From the NCBI GenBank assembly GCA_036652735.1, contig JAVVVI010000003.1:42095-106094 (forward strand): a stretch of DNA of 64,000 nucleotides, in the 5' to 3' direction. Shown here piece after piece: positions 18,793 through 27,665 of the stretch. Position 1 is the first letter of the stretch, and each line of letters starts with the position of its first letter. Made by a program: the position numbers and the translations under genes. The DNA is from Lachnospiraceae bacterium. Lineage in GTDB: Bacteria > Bacillota > Clostridia > Lachnospirales > Lachnospiraceae. Below the pieces are notes generated by a model. The model saw only the letters and a program-made list of their open reading frames with translations, was not told the DNA's origin and searched no databases.

Positions 18793-20445
18793 ATGGCTAT
18801 GAGTGAGAGAAAAAAAAGAATTTTTGTATTAGGACATAAAAATCCGGATTCGGATTCCATTTGTTCTGCCATTGCGTACGCAAATTTAAAAAATGCTTTA
18901 TGCGAAGAAGAATATGTGGCAACTCGAGCAGGACAGGTAAATGAGGAAACCCAGTATATTTTATCTCATTTTGGTATTGACGCGCCCCTGTTTATCTCAA
19001 ATGTTCAAACACAGGTAAGAGATATAGAATTTCGGGAAACCGAAGGAGTGCCAAAGGAAATATCATTAAAAAAGGCTTGGACCCTTATGAAAGACAAAGA
19101 TGTCATGACTTTGCCAATTACAGAAGAATCTAAATTAGTAGGGATTATTACAATCGGTGATATTGCCACAGCTTATATGGATGTTTATGATAGTAAAATC
19201 CTTGCAACGGCAAAAACTCAGTATCAGAATATTTTAGAGACCTTAGATGCGAAAATGATTGTGGGAGAGGAAAGTAAAAAATTCACACAGGGAAAAGTAT
19301 TAATAGCGGCGGCAAATCCGGATTTAATGGAAAGTTATATTGAACCACATGACCTTGTGATCCTGGGAAATAGATATGAATCCCAGCTTTGTGCCATTGA
19401 GATGCAGGCAGATTGTATTATTGTAAGTGAGGGAGCGACAGTTTCAATGACCATAAAGAAACTGGCAGAAGAAAAACACTGTACGGTCATCAGTACACCT
19501 CATGATACCTATACGGTTGCCCGTTTATTAAATCAAAGTATGCCAATAGAATTTTTTATGAGGAAAGACAATATGGCGACCTTCCAATTGGAGGATTGCC
19601 TGGATGCAGTAAAGGAAGTAATGGCAAAGAAAAGACATCGCTATTTTCCTATTTTGGATAGAAATCAGAACTGTATTGGAATGATATCCAGAAGAAATTT
19701 GTTGGATATGTCACCCAAGAAGGTTATTATGGTTGACCATAATGAAAAGAGCCAGGCAGTAGATGGAATTGAAGATGCAGAGATTCTTGAAATTATTGAC
19801 CATCATCGTTTGGGTAATCTTGAAACAATCTCACCGGTTTTCTTCCGTAATCAGCCACTGGGATGTACGGCAACGATTGTATATCAAATGTATAAGGAAA
19901 ATAGAATAGAGATATCGAAAAAGATCGCCAGTCTTTTATGTGCTGCAATTATTTCAGATACGCTGATGTACCGTTCTCCAACCTGTACCAAGTTTGACAC
20001 AGACGCAGCAAAAGAACTTGCCAAACTTGCTGAAATTGACGTAGAAGAACTGGCTGCGGCAATGTTTAATGCAGGAAGTAATTTAAAATCCAAATCGCCG
20101 GAAGAAATCTTTTATCAGGATTACAAACGGTTTTCCATGAATGAAATCACCTTTGGAGTAGGACAGATTAATGCCATGACAGAAGGGGAATTAGATGAGA
20201 TTAAGGAGAGAATGACACCTTATATCAAGCAGGTAGTGAAAGAGAAAAAAGTGGATATGGTGTACTTTATGTTAACCAATATCACCAAAGAATCAACGGA
20301 GCTGCTTTATGTTGGAGGTGCGGCAAAGGAAGCAATTGAAGACGCCTTCAATGTAGCCTGCGGAGATCAGTCTGTGCTTCTTCCGGGCGTAATCTCACGA
20401 AAAAAACAGCTGATTCCGGCATTAATGTCTGCAATGCAGCAATAA
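18793..20445 (+). CDS. CBS-domain-containing family II (DHH) inorganic pyrophosphatase
   Basis: DHH motifs HKNPDSDSICSA, VDHNE, IDHHRLG. A CBS pair plus a DRTGG-like insert sits between DHH motifs. DHHA2 C-terminal domain (FGVGQI). Confidence 0.85.
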   Translation: MAMSERKKRIFVLGHKNPDSDSICSAIAYANLKNALCEEEYVATRAGQVNEETQYILSHFGIDAPLFISNVQTQVRDIEFRETEGVPKEISLKKAWTLMKDKDVMTLPITEESKLVGIITIGDIATAYMDVYDSKILATAKTQYQNILETLDAKMIVGEESKKFTQGKVLIAAANPDLMESYIEPHDLVILGNRYESQLCAIEMQADCIIVSEGATVSMTIKKLAEEKHCTVISTPHDTYTVARLLNQSMPIEFFMRKDNMATFQLEDCLDAVKEVMAKKRHRYFPILDRNQNCIGMISRRNLLDMSPKKVIMVDHNEKSQAVDGIEDAEILEIIDHHRLGNLETISPVFFRNQPLGCTATIVYQMYKENRIEISKKIASLLCAAIISDTLMYRSPTCTKFDTDAAKELAKLAEIDVEELAAAMFNAGSNLKSKSPEEIFYQDYKRFSMNEITFGVGQINAMTEGELDEIKERMTPYIKQVVKEKKVDMVYFMLTNITKESTELLYVGGAAKEAIEDAFNVACGDQSVLLPGVISRKKQLIPALMSAMQQ

Positions 20446-20513
20446 GTAGTCCAATGCAGGGGGAATGATTCCGGCTAAAGTGGGAATGATAAAATCAAAG
20501 GAAAGGGCAATGG

Positions 20514-20532
20514 AAGAGAGGGTCTCTTTTTT
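20514..20532 (+). terminator. weak terminator-like hairpin
   Basis: AAGAGA (20514-20519) GGG TCTCTT (20523-20528) followed by Ts to 20532. Nested inside AAGGGC (20503-20508) / GCCCTT (20534-20539). Confidence 0.35.
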
Positions 20533-20549
20533 CGCCCTTATTTGAGTGT

Positions 20550-21872
20550 ATGAGTGGAATGAATACCAGTATGTTTCAACAGCCGGTAGGCAGACTGATT
20601 CTAAAATTGGCAATTCCCACAACCATGGGTATGTTGGTTACCTCTGGCTGTAGTATGGTTGATACGTTCTTTATTGGCAAGCTGGGTGTTACGGCTTCCG
20701 GTGCAGCGGGTATTGTGTTTTCTTTGATCACGTTTATTCAGGCAATGGGATATACAGTGGGAATGGGCGCAGGAACACAGATTTCTCAACTAATCGGAAA
20801 AGGACAGAGGAAGGATGTGGAGTGTCTTTCAAATTCAGCAGTCTGTCTTTCTATTATTGTCGGTATAATTTTTTCGGTGTTTGCATGGGGATTTTTAGAA
20901 CCCTTGCTGAAGGTGCTAGGGGCAACCGAATCGGTCCTTCCGGAGGCAGTTGGATATGGGAGAGCTGTAGTAGTGACAGCACCCTTTTTGTGCGGAACCT
21001 TTGTGCTTAGCACGATTCTTCGTTCCCAGGGCAGGGCAGTTGCCTCAATGTTGGGAATTGTAATGGGAGCAGTGCTTCATATAGCCTTGGATCCCTTGCT
21101 TATGTTTACCGCCCACATGGGAGTAACCGGTGCAGGAATGGCATTGTTCATCAGTCAGGGAGCAAGTTTTAGTTTGCTTTTTTTTCTTTTATATTGGGGA
21201 AAAATTAGCGGACCGTTCCGGAAGAAACAAAGTCGAATCTATAGAGGAATCATCACGAGAGGGCTGCCCTCCTTTTATCGTCAGGGAACGGCGGTGCTTT
21301 CTGTTATTATTTTAAATCGACTGGCAGGAGCTTATGGAGATCTGGCAATTGCTTCTTTTTCTATTGCAGGAAAAGTATTTATGCTTCTCTTTTCTATTTT
21401 GATCGGAATTTCCCAAGGGTATCAACCGGTTATAGGGTACCATTTTGGAGCAGGAAACAGAGCGAAGGTAAGACAGGCTTTTTGGTTTGCAGTGGCAGTA
21501 GGGACAGCGGTTGCCTTTATTGCATCCATAATTGGTATTTTTTTCTCAAAGGAACTGATGCAGTTGTTTTTAAAAACGGAATTCAATGGAAGGAACATTG
21601 GAAGTGAGATTATTCAATTGCAATCTTATGTAGTACTTGTACTTCCATTTTGCATGATTGCAAATATTACATTTCAGTCTGTTGGTAGGACAATGTTTGC
21701 AGCAATTACTTCTTGTGCAAGACAGGGTATCTTTTATCTGCCTCTTATTTTCCCATTAAATGCGCTTTTTAAAGTGAAGGGATTGGAACTGGTTCAGCCA
21801 CTGGCGGATGTGTTAACCTTCTTGTTGACCATTATTTTGGTACGTTTATTCTTTAAAGTAACAAAAAAGTAA
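20550..21872 (+). CDS. MATE family efflux transporter
   Basis: 12-helix hydrophobic profile. MATE N-terminal motif LAIPTTMGMLVTSGCSMVDTFFIGKLG. Confidence 0.85.
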   Translation: MSGMNTSMFQQPVGRLILKLAIPTTMGMLVTSGCSMVDTFFIGKLGVTASGAAGIVFSLITFIQAMGYTVGMGAGTQISQLIGKGQRKDVECLSNSAVCLSIIVGIIFSVFAWGFLEPLLKVLGATESVLPEAVGYGRAVVVTAPFLCGTFVLSTILRSQGRAVASMLGIVMGAVLHIALDPLLMFTAHMGVTGAGMALFISQGASFSLLFFLLYWGKISGPFRKKQSRIYRGIITRGLPSFYRQGTAVLSVIILNRLAGAYGDLAIASFSIAGKVFMLLFSILIGISQGYQPVIGYHFGAGNRAKVRQAFWFAVAVGTAVAFIASIIGIFFSKELMQLFLKTEFNGRNIGSEIIQLQSYVVLVLPFCMIANITFQSVGRTMFAAITSCARQGIFYLPLIFPLNALFKVKGLELVQPLADVLTFLLTIILVRLFFKVTKK

Positions 21873-21892
21873 AAGATATGTAATAGAAAACA

Positions 21893-21921
21893 TTGACATA
21901 AGAGCAAAACAATTATAAAAT
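21893..21921 (+). promoter_or_regulatory. promoter (TTGACA-17 nt-TAAAAT) for the chemoreceptor gene
   Basis: TTGACA 21893-21898. TAAAAT 21916-21921. Confidence 0.55.
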
Positions 21922-21990
21922 TAAATACAAAACCATGCAAAAAACGAAATGGATAGATAAAATGCGGAAAGCGCCAGAGGAGGAAGCGGA

Positions 21991-24081
21991 ATGCAGGAAA
22001 AAAAGGGAACCATGGAAAATCAAGAGGAAATTCATTTGGAAGAATCAGCCAATGAAATAGAGGCTGTGGAAGATGGGGAATTATTGGATGAGATTGAATT
22101 GGAAAACCAGTGGGAACCACTGGATGAAATAGAGCCAATGACTGAGGCAGAACCGGGGTGTGAAATAGATCAAATGGACCAGGAAGAAGCGCAGGAACCG
22201 GTAAAAGTACAGAAGAGAAAAAAAGTTAAAAAACAACAGAAAGAGAAGGTTGTGAGGGGCGCAGGTGAAAGTTCCAAAGGAAAGCTGTCTCAGATGTCAG
22301 CAAAATTATTAAAATCTGTGGGCGGCTTGAAACCAAAGCAGGAATCGGAATCCGATCTTGATGAGGAAGAACTTCAAGAACCAAGTGGAAAAGGAAAATT
22401 GAAGTTAGGGATTGGAGTGAAATTTTTATTTCCTGTGGGACTGATTTTGATTTTATTTACGATTTCTACGTTCTTAAGTCAGAATGCACTTAGTAATTCA
22501 AAAAAAGGAATTGCAGAAATGCAGGATCTTTACATAAAATCCATTGTACTGGCAGACGACATCAAGATGGATGTATTAAAAGTACAGCAGGAGTTAACCA
22601 GTGTGTGTGCAACCAAGAATCAGGAAGGTTATATTGCAGCTGAGGAAAGTGCAAAGAAGTTTCAAAAGGATATTGAAACCATTCAAAAATTAAATCCTGA
22701 ATATGCAGACCAATGGAAGAATGTCAGACGGTTGTTTAATAGCTTTAATGCAACCGGAAAATCGATGACAGACGTGTTTGTCAGACTGGGAGATAAGCAG
22801 GGAAGTTCTTATTTAACAAGCTTTGATGCGGCATCAAAGGGATTGAATAAAGCGGTAGATGAGGCAGTTGCATTAACCTATACAGATTTACAGGATGCAA
22901 CCGGCAAGGTAAATAAAGTAATTCAGGGCTGCTCTAGTACAAATCTGATTTTTGCAGTCATCATAATTATTGTGGCAGTATATCTTGTAGTGATTACACA
23001 AAAAATGATTGTATATCCATTAAAGAAGATTACAAAGTCAATTACGGCGTTGGCAGATCGTAAACTTGGAATTAAAAAAGTTAAAATTCGTTCCAAAGAT
23101 GAGATGGGCCAGTTAGCGGATTCCTGTAATTTATTGCGGGATTCTATGCGTGATATTATGTTGATGTTAAATGAGACAACTGAGAAAATGGATGTTTCCT
23201 CTACAGAAATGAACCAGCGTTCCGATGAGATGGCGAATAATATATCGGAGGTTACAGGAGCTGTGAATAATGTTGCTACAACAGCCGGGGAACAGGCAAT
23301 GGATATTGAAAAAACAGCAACGGAAATTGAACATCTTGAGCATATTATTATAGAAAGCGGTAAAGTGTCGGAGAGCCTGGAACTGGCAAGCGGAGATATC
23401 TATAAAGCGAGTCAGGAAGGGGAACTGGTAGTCAATGATTTATTTAGGATTACAAAGGAGAGCGAAGGAGCATTCAATTTGATTTTCAATAGTATTGAGA
23501 AAATCAACCATAGTACAGAAAAAATTGGGCAGGCTTCGGATATGATTAAAGGAATTGCTTCTCAAACGAATCTTTTGTCACTAAATGCATCCATTGAAGC
23601 TGCAAGAGCAGGAGAAGCAGGAAGAGGATTTTCAGTAGTTGCACAGGAAATCAGAAAGCTTGCAGAGCAGTCAGCAGGCTGCGTAAAAGATATTAATGAA
23701 ATGCTAAAAGAGCTAAGGCTGAATGTGGGAAATGCAGGACAGCAAAGTGAGACTGTGCGCAGTGCAGTTGCTTCACAAGTTCAGGGCGTAGAAAATACAA
23801 AAGAGAAATATGAAGACATTTCAAAGAATGTAACCCTTATTAAAACGGAAATTGTAAGTTTAGGTGATATCAGTAGGAAGATGTCAGATAGTTGTACAAC
23901 CGTATCCGAAGTAGTGGTAAACCTGTCCGCATCAGCAGAAGAAAATGCAGCATCAACAGAAGAGACAAACGCAGCGGTAGAAGAGGTGCTTGCAATGATT
24001 CATGAAATAGCAGAAGGCAGCGGCGTAATTAAAAATCTATCCGACGAACTGGAAGAACGGGTAAAACTATACGAATTATAG
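21991..24081 (+). CDS. methyl-accepting chemotaxis protein with a long charged N-terminal extension
   Basis: Conserved signalling hairpin [38 protein letters not shown]-like segment after TM2. Two TM helices bracket a ligand-binding domain of about 170 aa. Confidence 0.9.
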   Translation: MQEKKGTMENQEEIHLEESANEIEAVEDGELLDEIELENQWEPLDEIEPMTEAEPGCEIDQMDQEEAQEPVKVQKRKKVKKQQKEKVVRGAGESSKGKLSQMSAKLLKSVGGLKPKQESESDLDEEELQEPSGKGKLKLGIGVKFLFPVGLILILFTISTFLSQNALSNSKKGIAEMQDLYIKSIVLADDIKMDVLKVQQELTSVCATKNQEGYIAAEESAKKFQKDIETIQKLNPEYADQWKNVRRLFNSFNATGKSMTDVFVRLGDKQGSSYLTSFDAASKGLNKAVDEAVALTYTDLQDATGKVNKVIQGCSSTNLIFAVIIIIVAVYLVVITQKMIVYPLKKITKSITALADRKLGIKKVKIRSKDEMGQLADSCNLLRDSMRDIMLMLNETTEKMDVSSTEMNQRSDEMANNISEVTGAVNNVATTAGEQAMDIEKTATEIEHLEHIIIESGKVSESLELASGDIYKASQEGELVVNDLFRITKESEGAFNLIFNSIEKINHSTEKIGQASDMIKGIASQTNLLSLNASIEAARAGEAGRGFSVVAQEIRKLAEQSAGCVKDINEMLKELRLNVGNAGQQSETVRSAVASQVQGVENTKEKYEDISKNVTLIKTEIVSLGDISRKMSDSCTTVSEVVVNLSASAEENAASTEETNAAVEEVLAMIHEIAEGSGVIKNLSDELEERVKLYEL

Positions 24082-24095
24082 AAAATGGAGATAAA

Positions 24096-25175
24096 ATGAG
24101 ACTCATACATTGTGGAGATTTGCATCTGGGTTCTCCCATGGGGAAAAATCTAACTTTGCAGCAGGCAAATGAACGAAGAAATGAGATGCTGCTAACCCTG
24201 GAGCGTATGATTTCCTTTGCAAAAGCGGAACAGGTAAGGGCAATCCTTATTGCAGGTGATTTGTTTGATTCCAAACAGGCAGGTGAAAGGCTTTCTCGGC
24301 ATGTGCTCCAATTGATGGAAAATGCTCCGGAAATAGATTTTTATTATTTACGGGGCAATCATGATACCGATTGTATGACACAGGATCCGGCTTCATTACC
24401 GGATAATCTGAAGCTTTTTTCTAATAAATGGAAATCATACCGGTATGATACTCTGACTATTTCAGGAGTGGAATTTGATGGAACAAATGGTAGAAGTATC
24501 TATGATACCATGAACCTGGATGAGAAGAGGATTAATATTGTCCTGCTTCATGGGCAGGAATCTTCTTCTATAGGAAAAGAGGATGCAGAACTTATTGACC
24601 TGAAAGAACTCAAGGATAGAGGAATTGATTATCTGGCATTGGGACATGTACACAGCTATCAGGCGTACCCATTGGATAGTAGAGGCGTGTATTGTTACAG
24701 TGGCTGTCTGGAAGGCAGAGGCTTTGATGAATGTGGAAAGAAAGGGTTTGTAGTATTGGAAACCATGGGAAGAACCATTACACATCAATGGATTCCATTT
24801 TCAACCAGAGAATGTTGGGATCTGGAGGTGGACATAACGGATACGATGGATACGTACGAGGCAGATAGCCGCATACAAACTGAATTGATGGGACAAAGTG
24901 ACAGGTCAATGATAAAGGTTCGATTAACGGGAGAAGTATCGGGGGAATCCGTGAGGAACTTAGGATACCTTGAAAAAAAATATAAGGATCAATTTTTTGC
25001 ATTTAAGATTCAAGATGACACAAGATTAAAGATTAATTTAGAAAGTTACAAAAGGGATGCATCATTAAAAGGAGAATTTATCCGACTGGTTATGGAGCAG
25101 GAGCTGAACGAGGGGGAACAAAAGAGGATAATTGAGACCGGTTTAAAAGCACTCCGTGGAGAGGAAATTGTATAG
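24096..25175 (+). CDS. Mre11/SbcD-family DNA repair exonuclease (YhaO/SbcF-like)
   Basis: Metallophosphoesterase motifs CGDLHLG, GDLFD, GNHD, LLHG, GHVH. Confidence 0.8.
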   Translation: MRLIHCGDLHLGSPMGKNLTLQQANERRNEMLLTLERMISFAKAEQVRAILIAGDLFDSKQAGERLSRHVLQLMENAPEIDFYYLRGNHDTDCMTQDPASLPDNLKLFSNKWKSYRYDTLTISGVEFDGTNGRSIYDTMNLDEKRINIVLLHGQESSSIGKEDAELIDLKELKDRGIDYLALGHVHSYQAYPLDSRGVYCYSGCLEGRGFDECGKKGFVVLETMGRTITHQWIPFSTRECWDLEVDITDTMDTYEADSRIQTELMGQSDRSMIKVRLTGEVSGESVRNLGYLEKKYKDQFFAFKIQDDTRLKINLESYKRDASLKGEFIRLVMEQELNEGEQKRIIETGLKALRGEEIV

Positions 25176-27034
25176 TGGAGTTAATCGAATGTTATATTGA
25201 GAATTTTGGAACTTTACACCATTGCAGGAAAGAGTTTCACCCCGGACTAAATTGTATCAATGAAGAAAATGGATGGGGAAAAACTACCTTTGCAGTCTTT
25301 ATAAGGGCAATGTTTTATGGCATGGACAAAGGCAGAAGCAAAGACCTTAACCAGCAGGAAAGAAAAAAATACGCGCCCTGGCAGGCAGGAAGATTTGGCG
25401 GAAGTGTAACGTTTCAGACGAAAAACAGGAAGTTTCGGCTGGAGCGTTTTTTTGGTGGAAAAGAAAAAGAAGATTGTTTTTTACTAATCGATTTGGCAAC
25501 CGGACTGGAGAGCAGGGAGTATTCAGAACAAATTGGAGAGGAATTATTTGGTTTGGATCGAGAAGCCTATTCCAGAAGTACCTATATTCCACAGAACAGC
25601 TTAGAAGTGGTCTGTAATGACAGTATGCAGGGAAAATTAGGCGGCCAGGGGTTGGGAAACCAAGAGAATGATATGAATGCTTATGGCAATGCAATAGAAA
25701 AACTGGAGCAGGGAAGAAGACGGTATAAAAAGCTGGGTGGAAAGGGCAAAATTCAACAGGATCAATTAAGGGCAGCAGGTCTGGTGAAGCAATTACGAGA
25801 GGCACAAGAGAAAGAAGTACAGTGTGAAGACTACAAAAGTCAGTTAAAAGAAAAGGGAAAAGAGGGAGAGCGACTCAGAGAACAATGCAGAGATTTGAAT
25901 CGTAAAATACAATTCAACAGCCGTTTGGAAGGAGAAACTACATGGAACCGGAAATGGGAGTATCTGGAGGAACAATTAAATGAAGTGGAAAATGAGTTAA
26001 GGCCGTATGATGAATTTTTTTCAAGAGGAATACCACAAGAGGAAGCGCTTTTGTCCATAAGACGGATTCAGGAAAAAAATGAATCGGTCAAATTCCAATG
26101 CCTGCAGCAATTGTTGTTTTTACTGCTGGGGAGTTTGCTATATTTGATGATTCCCAAAAGTGCCTGGTTTGGGATCCTAACGGTAATTGTTTGTGAGGCG
26201 TTCTATTTTGGGGCAAGGGCAAGAAGTTCCAGGAAGATCATGGTATTTTTAAGTGGATTTTATTCAGATGGAATAAAAAAAGGGGTCGAACAGGGGCAGA
26301 AACTAAGAGAAGTAGAAAAAAAGGTAGAGGAATATCGACAATTAAGCCGGGAGGCAGACCAATATAAGGAAGAGCTTCACAAACAAAAAGCAGAATTGAA
26401 GCAAATAGAGGCCAGAAGAGAGGAAGCGGCACGGATACAGTTGGCACTTCAAAAAGAAGAACTGATTTTGGAAGAAGAAGTTCAGAATAATCTCAGAGAA
26501 CAGGAGCAGATGAATCATCAATGTGAATTGCTTAAAAGAGAATGTCTTGGAATTGTGGAATGGGAGGAAACACTTTCCACGCTTGAAGATGAGATTGCTG
26601 AAAGTAAAGAACAACTAAGGATTATCGAGAAAACAAAGGAGTTATTAGAGCAGGCAAAGAATAATTACAATGGACGCTATTTAAGCCGAATTCAGAAGAG
26701 TTTTGAACAATATCTGGATGACCTGGGAGCATGGAAACTTGGAAAATTCAAAATTGATGCGGGATTAAATGTATCCTTTGAAGAAGGAGGGACTTATCGG
26801 GAACTGAATTATTATAGTAGTGGGTATCGGGATTTAATTGGGTTAAGTACCAGATTTGCCCTGGTAGATGCCCTGTTTGAGGAAGAAAACCCCTTTCTTA
26901 TTTTAGATGATCCCTTTGTGAATTTTGATAAAAATAGAATCAAGAATGCCAGGGAATTAATGCTGCGCATGGGAGAACGCTATCAGATTATATACTTCAC
27001 CTGCCATGAAAGCAGAGAGAACATACCACAATGA
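25175..27034 (+). CDS. SMC/Rad50-like AAA ATPase (YhaN/SbcE-like) with an internal hydrophobic hairpin
   Basis: The GTG start overlaps the upstream stop by 1 nt. P-loop NEENGWGKTTF (about 25262-25294). Charged coiled-coil regions. Walker B/D-loop FLILDDPFVNFD (about 26891-26930). Two hydrophobic helices LLFLLLGSLLYLMIP and WFGILTVIVCEAFYFGA (about 26104-26215). Confidence 0.75.
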   Translation: MELIECYIENFGTLHHCRKEFHPGLNCINEENGWGKTTFAVFIRAMFYGMDKGRSKDLNQQERKKYAPWQAGRFGGSVTFQTKNRKFRLERFFGGKEKEDCFLLIDLATGLESREYSEQIGEELFGLDREAYSRSTYIPQNSLEVVCNDSMQGKLGGQGLGNQENDMNAYGNAIEKLEQGRRRYKKLGGKGKIQQDQLRAAGLVKQLREAQEKEVQCEDYKSQLKEKGKEGERLREQCRDLNRKIQFNSRLEGETTWNRKWEYLEEQLNEVENELRPYDEFFSRGIPQEEALLSIRRIQEKNESVKFQCLQQLLFLLLGSLLYLMIPKSAWFGILTVIVCEAFYFGARARSSRKIMVFLSGFYSDGIKKGVEQGQKLREVEKKVEEYRQLSREADQYKEELHKQKAELKQIEARREEAARIQLALQKEELILEEEVQNNLREQEQMNHQCELLKRECLGIVEWEETLSTLEDEIAESKEQLRIIEKTKELLEQAKNNYNGRYLSRIQKSFEQYLDDLGAWKLGKFKIDAGLNVSFEEGGTYRELNYYSSGYRDLIGLSTRFALVDALFEEENPFLILDDPFVNFDKNRIKNARELMLRMGERYQIIYFTCHESRENIPQ

Positions 27035-27079
27035 CGAGAGATTGTCAGGAGGTATGTTTTTTGTTTATAAAAATTTTAC

Positions 27080-27108
27080 TTGTATTTTTAAAATTTTCGG
27101 TGTACAAT
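27080..27108 (+). promoter_or_regulatory. promoter (TTGTAT-17 nt-TACAAT) of the marR-ABC operon
   Basis: TTGTAT 27080-27085. TACAAT 27103-27108. Confidence 0.5.
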
Positions 27109-27114
27109 TTACAA

Positions 27115-27147
27115 TGTTAATAATTAACACTGTTAAGCAATTGCTTA
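27115..27147 (+). promoter_or_regulatory. two perfect palindromes, candidate MarR operators
   Basis: TGTTAATAATTAACA (27115-27129) and TAAGCAATTGCTTA (27134-27147), located between the -10 box and the marR SD. Confidence 0.5.
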
Positions 27148-27174
27148 TGCCTGTATGCGAAAGAGAGGAAGAGG

Positions 27175-27633
27175 ATGGATAGTCATGAATATGGTCTGGA
27201 ACTAATGAAGGCAATGCATCGACTAAGAAATAGTCATGCCCGTTTTTCATTGGGGGAATTAAAGAAGGGTGAATTTGGAATCTTATCCATGATAGAGCAT
27301 TTTGAACAACAGACAGGAACCGAAAATGTATGCGCATCAGACCTGGCAAATCAGTTGGATCTAATGCCTCCGGCTGTGAGCCGTACATTAAAGGGGCTGG
27401 AGGAAAAAGGATATGTGGAGAGGCTTACAGATAAAAAGGATCGTAGAAATACCATTATTGTTATCACTCAGGAAGGGCTGAAGGCCAGAGATGAAGCACG
27501 AAATGTGTTACATGAAATGATGGATCATATTATGCAAACCATGGGAGAAGAGGATATTGAGATCTTAATTCAAAAATTAAATCGATTTTCTGGTTTAATT
27601 GAAGAAGAGATTACCAAAAAAAGGGGAGAATAA
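27175..27633 (+). CDS. MarR family transcriptional regulator
   Basis: wHTH ASDLANQLDLMPPAVSRTLKGLEEKGYVERLTDKKDRRNTIIV. Confidence 0.85.
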   Translation: MDSHEYGLELMKAMHRLRNSHARFSLGELKKGEFGILSMIEHFEQQTGTENVCASDLANQLDLMPPAVSRTLKGLEEKGYVERLTDKKDRRNTIIVITQEGLKARDEARNVLHEMMDHIMQTMGEEDIEILIQKLNRFSGLIEEEITKKRGE

Positions 27634-27665
27634 AAGCAACAGAAATTAGTTACAGGAGGATCAGA

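Noticed and set aside
20461-20490. GGGAATGAT 9-mer repeated twice, 21 nt apart, downstream of the pyrophosphatase gene
   Set aside because: There are only two short copies and no further periodicity or associated structure. It is too short to separate from chance.
25347-25805. 152-aa minus-strand ORF inside the SbcE-like ATPase gene (similar case: 42007-42405 across the ABC ATPase/serC junction)
   Set aside because: These are shadow ORFs antisense to motif-bearing genes, with no SD and proline/leucine/phenylalanine-rich nonsense-like translations.
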